DNA from: Octopus sinensis
Lineage: Eukaryota
Direction: 5' to 3'
DNA: 15,052 bases
Assembly (NCBI RefSeq): GCF_006345805.1
Contig: NW_021825639.1
Span: 1 to 15,052, forward strand
Shown: one piece after another, positions 1 to 9,137 of the stretch
Layout of the letters: each line of letters opens with the position of its first letter
Numbering within the stretch: position 1 is the first letter of the stretch
Notes under the pieces: model-generated
Told to the model about the DNA's origin: nothing
Database searches by the model: none
Seen by the model: only the letters and a program-made list of their open reading frames with translations
Made by a program: the position numbers and the translations under genes

Positions 1-15
1 AACGCAACGACCCCA

Positions 16-425
16 TTACTCTTTTACTCTTTTACTTGTTTCAGTCATTTGACTGCGGCCATGCTGGAGCACCGCCTTTAGTCGAGCAAATCGACCCTAG
101 GACTTATTCTTTTGTAAGCCCAGTACTTATTCTATAGGTCTCTTTTTACTGAACCGCTAGGTGACAGGGACATAAACACACCAGCATCGGTTGTCAAGCA
201 TTGCTAGGGGGACATGCACAAACACACACACACATACATATATATATACATACACATATATACGACAAGCTTCTTTCAGTTTCCGTCTACCAAATCCACT
301 CACAAGGCATTGGTCGGCCCGAGGCTATAGCAGAAGACACCTGCCCAAGGTGCCACGCAGTGGGACTGAACCCGGAACCATGTGGTTGGTTAGCAAGCTA
401 CTTACCACACAGCCACTCCTGCGCC
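16..425 (-). mobile_element. Full-length tRNA-derived SINE (family A) with internal (CA/TA)n microsatellite
   Basis: Minus strand: A box TGGCTGTGTGG (405-415), B box GGTTCAGTCCC (362-372), body, microsatellite at ~197-262, and a tail ending in (AAGAGTA)n-like repeats. Homologous copies at 10775-11156 and 14707-14850. Confidence 0.9.
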
Positions 426-1168
426 TATTATGTACATTAATTTGTTAAATGTTGTTATTGTCTTTGTTGAATAAAATTTACTGAAAAAAAGCCGCCCCCA
501 CCACATTTACAGCTGAGTGCATTGAAGCAACGCAAAGTAATGTGTTCTGCTCAGAAATATATTGCACTGCTGGTCTGAGAATTCTTTTCTATTCTAGGCA
601 CAAGCCCGGAAATTTTGAGGGAGGGGACCAGTCAATTAGATCGACTCCAGTACGCAACTGGTACTTAATCTATTGACCCCCGAAAAGATGAAAGGCAAAG
701 TCGACCTGGGTGGAATTTGAACTCAGAACATAAAGACAGATGAAATACTGCTAAGCATTTCACCTGGCGTGCTAACATTTCTTATTTCTTTATTGCCCCC
801 TAGGGGCTAAACATAGAGGGGACAAACAAGGACAGACAAAGGGATTAAGTCGATGACATTGGCCCCAGTGCGTAACTGGTACTTAATTTATCGACCCCGA
901 AAGGATGAAAGTCAAAGTCGACCTCGGCGGAATTTGAACTCAGAACTTAATGCCAGACGAAATACCTATTTCTTTATTACCCACAAGGGGCTAAACACAG
1001 AGGAGACAAACAAACAGATTAAGTCAATTACATCGACCCCAGTGCGTAACTGGTACTTATTTAATTGACCCCGAAAGGATGAAAGGCAATGTCAACCTTG
1101 GCGGAATTTGAACTCAGAACGTAACGGCAGACGAAATACTGCTAAGCATTTCGCCCGGTGTGCTAACG

Positions 1169-1624
1169 CAGATTGGTGAATGCAATTGTCTTCCCAATAG
1201 CAACATATGGATACGAGACCTGGACACTAAAGAAAGCTGACCAGAAGAGAATTAATGCATTCGAGCTTTGGTGTTGGAGAAGACTTTTACGGATTCCATG
1301 GACAGCGAGGCTCACCAACGGAGAAGTTCTGAAGCAGACCAGGCCGAAAATGTCGCTAGAAGCTAGGATCACCCAGCACAGATTGGCATATTTCGGTCAT
1401 ATTATGTGGAGAGAATCCCTGGAGAAGGACATCATGCTTGGAATGGTCAGTGGGAAGAGAGGAAGAGGCCGACCAAGAACCCGCTGGCTTGACACCATCA
1501 AGAATGATACCGGAATGGACATAGCCAATCTGAAAGAAGCGGCCCAGGATAGAACTGACTGGAGGACACTGATCCAATGAGTGACTGAGAGTCGACTTCG
1601 ACTGAGCGGATAGAGAGATAGATA
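1169..1624 (+). mobile_element. 5'-truncated RTE-clade (BovB-like) LINE insertion
   Basis: 7-bp TSD GCTAACG at 1162-1168 and 1625-1631; short (GATA)n-like tail; encodes the RTE ORF C-terminus. Confidence 0.93.
1170..1613 (+). pseudogene. C-terminal fragment of RTE reverse-transcriptase ORF (thumb/C-terminal region)
   Basis: RLVNAIVFPIATYGYETWTLKKADQKRINAFELWCWRRLLRIPWTAR...YFGHIM...GKRGRGRPRTRWLD matches RTE/BovB motifs. TGA at 1578-1580 looks premature because the frame continues VTESRLRLSG* to 1613, like the usual RTE C-terminus. Confidence 0.9.
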
Positions 1625-1844
1625 GCTAACGTTTCTGCCAGCTTGCCACCACTACTGGTCTGAGAATTGAAACCACAATCTTGCAATCGTGAGTATAACA
1701 CCCCAGCCATACACATACAGAATTTCTGCCTCTCCCTCTATATATCTATCTATACATAAACACACATATGTATATACACACACACACACACACATACACA
1801 CGCTCCTCTCTTACATGACACCCAAGTGTCTGTTTTCATAGGCC

Positions 1845-2325
1845 TTCTCTCTAACTCATTTTCACCCCCACTCTTCTTTGTGTCCGTCTCTCTCTCCGTT
1901 TCTATCTTTCTCTTTCTCCCCCTCTCTATTTCTTTCACTCTCTCTATATCTCTCCTACTTCCCCCTCTCTATTTCTTTCGCTCTCTCTCTCTCTCTATCA
2001 CTCCCTCTTCCCCCTCTCTCTCTCTATCACTCCCTCTTCCCCCTCTCTCTCTTTCTCCCATCTCTATTTCTTTTACTCTCTCTCTATCACTCCTTCTTTC
2101 CCCTCTCTCTCTCTTTCTCCCCTCTCTCTTTCTTTCACTCTCTCTCTCTCTCTCTCTTTCTCCCCCTCTTCAGCCTCTCTCTCTCTTTCTCCCTCTTTTC
2201 AGCCTCTCTCTCTCTTTCTCCATCTCTCTCTCTCTCTCTTCCCCTCTATTTCTTTCACGCCTTCTTCCTCTCTTCTCCCCCCTCTCTCTTTCTCCCTTTC
2301 TCCATCTCTCCCTTCCTCTCCGATT
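1845..2325. repeat. Long (CT)n-rich polypyrimidine tract
   Basis: About 480 bp of almost pure C/T, with CTCTCTATCACTCCCTCTTCCCC sub-repeats. Confidence 0.95.
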
Positions 2326-2381
2326 TCAATCTCAACTGTTAAATGATTTCGCCCGTAAGCGTTACAAAGAGCGAGTCAAGT

Positions 2382-2600
2382 CGAAACAAAAACAAAAATA
2401 ACAAAGCAAAACAAAGACGAAATACAAACAAAATAAACACAAAGAAAAACCAACCATAACCAACAAACAAACAAATAAATAAATAAATAAAAACAACAAT
2501 AACTACAAAACACAAAAAAACTATAACAACAACAATAACAATAAATAAAATAAATAAAAACACCAAACACTAACCAAAACAAACAAACAAACACAACAAA
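2382..2600. repeat. A-rich low-complexity tract (AAAC/AAAT/AAC)n
   Basis: Directly visible. Confidence 0.9.
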
Positions 2601-3084
2601 AGTCTTTCATCATGGCGGTGCGGTTTTCCCGCCACAGTCCCATACAATGTCGTCTGCTCGTTCAATTAAAACCTTTATCTTATTGCTAGATCTCTTCATC
2701 TAAGCACGTTTTCACTGTCCTGCTTATCTCGACTGATTTATCATTAGATTATTATTTTGTTTTGTTCATTTTCCTCTCTCCCCCCCCCCTTCATTATTCA
2801 ATTTCGTTTACGAATGCATACGGCAAGTATTAGCATACATATAGCATGTACGTACGTGTGTATACGTGTATACGTCTGTCACACGTATACCGCAAGTGTA
2901 TGTGGCGTGTGTATATGCAGCTGTACGGCATGGCATGTGTGATATAATGATGTGCTAGGCATGGATAGCATGCAAATTGATATGTATCGCATGGATATTC
3001 ACACATTTTTCTCATGCTCTTTCCACGGTAAACCGCCATTTCAACTCGTGTCCTTTCTTTCATACGCATGCACACAGACACACG

Positions 3085-3760
3085 GACACACACACGCATA
3101 CATACATACATACATACATACATACATACATACATACATACATACATGCGTACATACATAAATACATACATACATGCGTACATACATACATTCATACATA
3201 CATACATGCGTACATACATACATGCGTCCATACATGCATACATACATACATGCGTACATACATACATACATGCGTACATACATACATGCGTTCATATATA
3301 CATACATGCGTACATACATACATACATACATTCATACATACATACATGCGTACATACATACATGCGTTCATATATACATATATGCGTACGTACATACATA
3401 CTTACATACATACATACATGCGTACATACATACATGCGTTCATACATACATACATACGTACATACATACTTGCGTACATACATACATGCGTACATACATA
3501 CATGCGTTCATATATACATATATGCGTACGTACATACATACGTACATACATACATGCGTTCATATATACATACATATATGCGTACATACATACATACAAA
3601 CATACATACATACATACATAAATACATGCATACGTACATGCGTACATACATACATACATACATACATGCATACATACATACGTACATACATACATGCGTA
3701 CATACATACATACATACATACATACATACATACATACATACATGCGTACATACGTACATG
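3085..3760. repeat. Compound (TACA)n microsatellite with recurring TGCG interruptions
   Basis: Directly visible; source of the many MYVC/HTYI ORFs. Confidence 0.95.
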
Positions 3761-3924
3761 CATGTGTGAGCATACAGTGGTAATACATACATACACACAC
3801 ACACACATGGAGACACGCATAAATATATATATACACACATAGGCAGAATGACAACTACATACATACATACACTCACACATTAACTTACGCCTGGATATCT
3901 AACCAGCACTAAATCCAGGATCAC

Positions 3925-3952
3925 GCATACACAAACACATACACACACACAT

Positions 3953-3986
<34 letters not shown>

Positions 3987-4196
3987 GCATGTATTAATAT
4001 AAACATACACACGCATGCAGGCACTCACAAATACATACACATATACACATGTATATATATACTTGCATGTACATACATACACCCATGCACATACACAAAC
4101 ACACATAGTCACACACACGCATATATGTATGTGTGTATATATATATATATATGTATATTTATATACATACACACATATATATATATATATATGTAT

Positions 4197-4230
<34 letters not shown>

Positions 4231-4240
4231 TTAGAGAGAG
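3925..4240. repeat. (CA)n/(TA)n compound microsatellite
   Basis: Directly visible. Confidence 0.9.
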
Positions 4241-4381
4241 AGTGAGAGAACAGGTGAACAAATAAAAGTAGCACTCAATACATGGATATATGTTTACTCG
4301 AAGGAAATATACACCAGTGTAAACAGTCTAGAAGAAAAGAACTCGATAGATAAAAACGAGCAAGAGGATAAAATTTCTTTT

Positions 4382-5855
4382 GAATCTTTTCGGTTTGACC
4401 GGCAGTTTCTTAAAATCATTTCCACGTAACTAAACACTTTTAAGCTTCGTATACTGGTAGAATGTGTTTATAAAACATCTTTTTCTCTTGGCTTTATTGA
4501 GAAAATTCTATTGTTTGTAAGATATTTGATGTTTTTTCTTCAATTTCTGCAATTTCAACCAATCAATGACGTCAATTGAGGTAAAAAAACATTCTGTGCC
4601 GTATGAATATGTCCCTCGTTTAAGAAACAGGGATCTTTTCAGTTTGACCGGCAGTTTTTTAAAATCATTTCCACGTAACTAAACACTTTTAAGCTTCGTA
4701 TACTGGTAGAATGTGTTTATAAAACATCTTTTTCTCTTGGTTTTATTGAGAAAATTCTATAGTTTGTAAGATATTTGATGTTTTTTTTTCTGCAATTTCA
4801 ACCAATCAATGACGTCTATTGAGGTAAAAAAAACATTCTGTGTCGTATGAATATGTCCCTCGTTTGGATCTTTTCGGTTTGATCGGCAGTTTTTTGAAAT
4901 AATTTCCACGTAACTAAACACTTTTAAACTTCGTATACTGGTAGAATGTGTTTATAAAACATCTTTTTCTCTTGGCTTTATTGAGAAAATTCTATTGTTT
5001 GTAAGATATTTGATGTTTTTTCTTCAATTTCTGCAATTTCAACCAATCAATGACGTCAATTGAGGTAAAAAAACATTCTGTGCCGTATGAATATGTCCCT
5101 CGTTTAAGAAACAGGGATCTTTTCAGTTTGACCGGCAGTTTTTTAAAATCATTTCCACGTAACTAAACACTTTTAAGCTTCGTATACTGGTAGAATGTGT
5201 TTATAAAACATCTTTTTCTCTTGGCTTTATTGAGAAAATTCTATAGTTTGTAAGATATTTGATATTTTTTCTTCAATTTCTGCAATTTCAACCAATCAAT
5301 GACGTCAATTGAGGTAAAAAAAACATTCTGTGCCGTATGAATATGTCCCTCGTTTAAGAAACAGGGATCTTTTCAGTTTGACCGGCAGTTTTTTAAAATC
5401 ATTTCCACGTAACTAAACACTTTTAAGCTTCGTATACTGGTAGAATGTGTTTATAAAACATCTTTTTCTCTTGGTTTTATTGAGAAAATTCTATAGTTTG
5501 TAAGATATTTGATGTTTTTTTTTCTGCAATTTCAACCAATCAATGACGTCTATTGAGGTAAAAAAAACATTCTGTGTCGTATGAATATGTCCCTCGTTTG
5601 GATCTTTTCGGTTTCAACGGCAGTTTTTTTAACATAATTTCCACGTAACTAAACACTTTTAAACTTCGTATACTGGAAGAATGTGTTTATAAAACATCTT
5701 TTTCTCTCGACTTTATTGAGAAAATTCCATAGTTTGTAAGATATTTGTTGTTGTTTTTTCTTCAATTTCTGCAATTTCAACCAATCAATGACGTCTATTG
5801 AGGTAAAAAAAAAACATTCTGTGCCGTATGAATATGTCCCTCATTTAAGAAACAG
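4382..5855. repeat. Six-unit tandem array (units start at 4382, 4631, 4866, 5115, 5365, 5600)
   Basis: Unit lengths 249, 235, 249, 250, 235 and ~256 bp; very high identity between units. Confidence 0.97.
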
Positions 5856-5904
5856 ATTGGGTTTATTTACATTTGTGAAGAAAAAAAAGATACCCTTCCC
5901 CCAC

Positions 5905-5928
5905 CCCTAACCCTAACCCTAACCCTAA
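5905..5928. repeat. Interstitial telomeric repeat (CCCTAA)4
   Basis: Four perfect CCCTAA units inside the TIR element. Confidence 0.9.
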
Positions 5929-6221
5929 AACAGATTGAAATGCAATAGATCGATACTAGGGTCATAATTATGGGTGACAATTTCATATGACACCGCTAGA
6001 AAAAACTGCCGTTCAAACCGAAAAGATCCTGTGTATGTATGTATGCGTGCATATATGTATTTATATAAGTATATTCTGTTCTGTGTGTATGTAATTTCTA
6101 TAAAGAAACATCTTGCACACAGCTTCTTCATTGATTGAGTTCCTCTTCTTAATGGCGGAATACAACATGACGCTTTGACAAATATATATCACGTGTCAAC
6201 ATGTCGGTGTGATGTTTTCTT

Positions 6222-6386
6222 GGCGGCGGTGGCGGCGGCGATGGCTGACATGTTGGTAATGGTGGTAGTGGTGGTGGTGGTGGTGGTGGTGGTGGTGGTG
6301 GTGGTGGAGATGGTTGCGGTGGTTGATACATGTGGCGACGGTGTTGGCACATGTTGGCGGGGCTGTTGTTTGGTAGTGATGGTGGC

Positions 6387-6439
<53 letters not shown>

Positions 6440-6665
6440 GGTAATAATAGTAGTAGTAGTGGTGGTGGTAGTAGTAGCAGCAGCAGTATTAGTGGTGGTA
6501 GTAGTAGTAGTAGCAGCAGTATTAGTGGTGATAGTAGTAGTTGTAGTAGTAGTATTGATGAGCGTACATGAGATAGGTGGCGCAATGCTGGTGGTGGTGG
6601 TGGCGGCGGCGGCAGCAACAACGACGATGATGATTATGATGATGGTGGTGGTGGTGGTGGTGGTA
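6222..6665. repeat. Compound trinucleotide repeats (GGC/GGT/AGT/GAT)n
   Basis: Directly visible. Confidence 0.92.
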
Positions 6666-6669
6666 TGTG

Positions 6670-7266
6670 TATGTGTGTGAAAGAGAGAGAAGGTGGTGGA
6701 GCGGAATAAAGTTAAGAAGGTGAATGGAGGTAGCAAGGGTGGGGGGGAGAGGACAGACACTGAAGTGGTGGTGGCGGTGGCGATGGTGGATGGAGGGGGA
6801 GAAGTAGGGAGGAAGAATCTGGAAGTAAAAAGGGAACATACCTGAATATAAAGCAGAGAAATAGGAGAGATTGATGAGTCAATGGGAGAGGAGTGGAGGA
6901 GAGGGAGGTGAAAGATGAAGATTTGATGGTGGTGGGGGGGGGGAGTGTGTGTGATGGCGGAATGGCAGGGTCCTGATCCAAGGAACAGGTTGCGAAGGAG
7001 GGGAGCAGGGAATGGGTGCCGGATGTGAAAGGAAAAGAGGGAGTGTGGAAGGTGGTATTGGGTGTGGTGTCGGCAAGGAAAGATTATATCTGAACTTTCT
7101 TGGAGATTTGTAGAGTGGTTATGGGGAGCTGGGTGGGGTGCGAGAAGAAAGAGAGTGGTGGTGGTGGCGGGGGGGGGGAAATTAGCGAGTAAGGAAGAAA
7201 GAGCAAGATAGAGAAACAGGCTGATAGACAGACAGACAGACAGACAGACATAGACAGATAGATAGA
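6670..7266. repeat. G/A-rich low-complexity tract ending in (GACA)n/(GATA)n
   Basis: Directly visible; includes G runs at ~6741, ~6934 and ~7169. Confidence 0.75.
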
Positions 7267-8136
7267 TTTCCCAATTTCATTGGCGCATATGTTTCCCACC
7301 TGGATGACACGCCAGTCCATCGCAGGTGAGCTGCTAGATGCAGGAGGAATGAGTGTGTGTTTCCCACCTGGATGAGACGCTAGTCCATCGCAGGTGAGCT
7401 GCTAGATGCAGGAGGAATGAGTGTGTGTTTTCCACCTGGATGAGACGCTAGTCCATCGCAGGTGAGCTGCTAGATGCAGGAGGAATGAGTGTGTGTTTCC
7501 CACCTGGATGAGACGCTAGTCCATCGCAGGTGAGCTGCTAGATGCAGGAGGAATGAGTGTGTGTTTTCCACCTGGATGAGACGCTAGTCCATCGCAGGTG
7601 AGCTGCTAGATGCAGGAGGAATGAGTGTGTGTTTTCCACCTGGATGAGACGCTAGTCCATCGCAGGTGAGCTGCTAGATGCAGGAGAATGAGTGGTGTTT
7701 CCCACCTGGATGAGACGCTAGTCCATCGCAGGTGAGCTGCTAGATGCAGGAGGAATGAGTTGTGTGTTTCCCACCTGATGAGACGCTAGTCCATCGCAGG
7801 TGAGCTGCTAGATGCAGGAGGAATGAGTGTTGTTTTCCACCTGGATGAGACGCTAGTCCATCGCAGGTGAGCTGCTAGATGCAGGAGGAATGAGTGTGTG
7901 TTTCCCACCTGGATGAGACGCTAGTCCATCGCAGGTGAGCTGCAAAGAGGCAGGAGGAATGAGTGTGAGGAAGTTGTGACGCAAGGGGCAGCAGAAATTC
8001 GCCATTAACTTCTGCTGGAGCCGCGTGGAGTTTAGGAGTTTTGCTCATAAACACACACATTACCCGGTCCAAGATTCGAACCCGCTATCCCTCGACTGCG
8101 AGTCCACTGCATCAACCACTAGGCATGTGCCTCCAC
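7267..8136 (-). mobile_element. tRNA-derived SINE with V-domain-like core, internally expanded
   Basis: Minus strand: A-box-like TGCCTAGTGGTT (8114-8125), B box GGGTTCGAATCTT (8071-8083), then CCTGCGATGGACTAGCGTCTCATCCAGG, which resembles the V-SINE core as I recall it (CCTGCGATGGACTGGCGTCCCATCCAGG). Confidence 0.8.
7292..7967. repeat. 68-bp minisatellite, 10 copies
   Basis: Units start at 7292, 7360, 7428, 7496, 7564, 7632, 7698, 7767, 7833 and 7901; near identical. Confidence 0.97.
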
Positions 8137-8142
8137 ACACAC

Positions 8143-8176
<34 letters not shown>

Positions 8177-8457
8177 CACAAGGGAGCACGTGTGCCTGCC
8201 TGCTAGATATAATTTTTAAATATTTTTGTTTTTTTAATAATATTTTTGTTGTTTTTGTAAAATCTCAGAAAATAATTAAAAATTCACATTTTTTGTGAAA
8301 TTATTTTGTTATATTTCTCTATCTATCCAACTGTAAACATTTTAAATATTTCACTAACTTTTTGTTATAACTTGGCAAAAGGGTACATTTTTTGCCATTT
8401 AAATGAGGGTTTTTAACTTTTATTTCTAGCAGGCAGGCACATTTGTGTGCCCTTATG
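8177..8457. mobile_element. AT-rich MITE with ~33-bp imperfect TIRs
   Basis: Perfect 17-bp inverted core TGTGCCTGCCTGCTAGA (8191-8207 / 8425-8441); termini CACAAGGG and CCCTTATG. TSD not resolved. Confidence 0.75.
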
Positions 8458-8627
8458 AATGATAAAAATTTAATTCTATTGCTATATGATGATATCTTAG
8501 GCCTGCAACCACTTATATCATTATCATTGTTATTATCAACTATTTACATCACCCTGGATAATAATAACAATAATAATATCTATATAAATATTCACTCCTG
8601 AATATTTGCTCCTTATATATATGTATA

Positions 8628-9137
8628 CTAGCAGTATCGCCCGGCGTTGCTCGGGTTTGTAAGGGAAATAACTATATAAGCATTTTTAGAGAGTTACTTC
8701 CCTTATAGATGCCAATTCGGGCTTTCTTAGCCATTTCTGTTTTGGTGTCTTCAAGCCATGAAGTCGTTGTTCTAAAAGAACGCTGGTCTCCTTGACAACG
8801 CATTACGACGTTGATTTCCTTACACTCCCTTCCCCACAGCTTCACGAGGGAGGGAAGGGGGAGAAGCAAACAGGTGCAGGTGTGACCATGGACGCCAACT
8901 CCGCCGCCATCGACACACGGAAAATTATGCATTAAAATGGAATAAAAAATGATGTTAAATTATTTTTTAAATCGTAGACTCATCGTAGACGCGCGCTAAT
9001 AGCCAGACGGGCTCGATATGAATCACGACTATAAGATACCCGAATTTGGTTAAACTGCACCGCAAAATGTAGGAGTAGTTAGGTATCTAAATCGAAGGGG
9101 ACAGACACTCACACAACTACAGTTTTATATATATAGA
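8628..9137 (-). mobile_element. Non-autonomous Helitron, copy 1
   Basis: Minus strand: A|TCTATATATATAAAAC 5' end, GC hairpin CCCGAGCAACGCCGGG (8640-8655), CTAG|T 3' end; inserted between A and T with no TSD. Confidence 0.88.

Larger units (their letters stand above)
584..1649 (-). mobile_element. Head-to-tail trimer of a tRNA-SINE (family B): units 584-782, 783-966 and 967-1649 (third unit split by a LINE)
   Basis: Three copies of the core CGACCCCGAAAGGATGAAAGGCAAAGTCGACCTCGGCGGAATTTGAACTCAGAAC, with B boxes at 712-724, 929-941 and 1103-1115. Only one complete head (1632-1649). Flanked by CACTGCTGGTCTGAGAATT / CACTACTGGTCTGAGAATT. Confidence 0.85.
500..1709 (-). mobile_element. Interrupted tRNA-SINE fragment (family C): 500-583 plus 1669-1709
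   Basis: Joining the two halves across the 19-bp duplication (565-583 / 1650-1668) restores a degenerate tRNA-like head with a B-box-like GTTTCAATTCT on the minus strand. Confidence 0.65.
4382..6029. mobile_element. Non-autonomous TIR element (MITE-like; monomer ~5600-6029) with tandemly amplified left end
   Basis: The reverse complement of 6000-6029, GGATCTTTTCGGTTTGAACGGCAGTTTTTT, matches the start of every array unit. No clear TSD (T on both sides). Superfamily not assigned. Confidence 0.8.

Noticed and set aside
1826-4274. Long ORFs (SLSL, MYVC, HTYI, CVCV types)
   Set aside because: They are stop-free readings of CT, TACA and CA microsatellites, open in several frames on both strands, with no domain signal.
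4382-5855. Array as CRISPR or as an rRNA/snRNA gene cluster
   Set aside because: Units are contiguous with no spacers, resemble no RNA gene I recognise, and start with the element TIR.
5905-5928. True chromosome end
   Set aside because: Only four repeats, internal to a TIR element.
6149-6839. Poly-Thr/Pro/His/Val ORFs
   Set aside because: Trinucleotide repeats open in overlapping frames; no splice or homology support.
7292-7967. CRISPR-like appearance of the 68-bp palindromic repeats
   Set aside because: No unique spacers, no cas genes, eukaryotic context; it is a SINE-internal tandem repeat.
8040-8136. Functional tRNA gene (also considered for 350-425 and family B heads)
   Set aside because: A and B boxes are present but there is no complete cloverleaf or acceptor stem; each continues into a SINE body.
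8672-8932. 86-aa ORF as a Helitron Rep/helicase remnant
   Set aside because: No recognisable motif; it runs into the non-coding terminal module.
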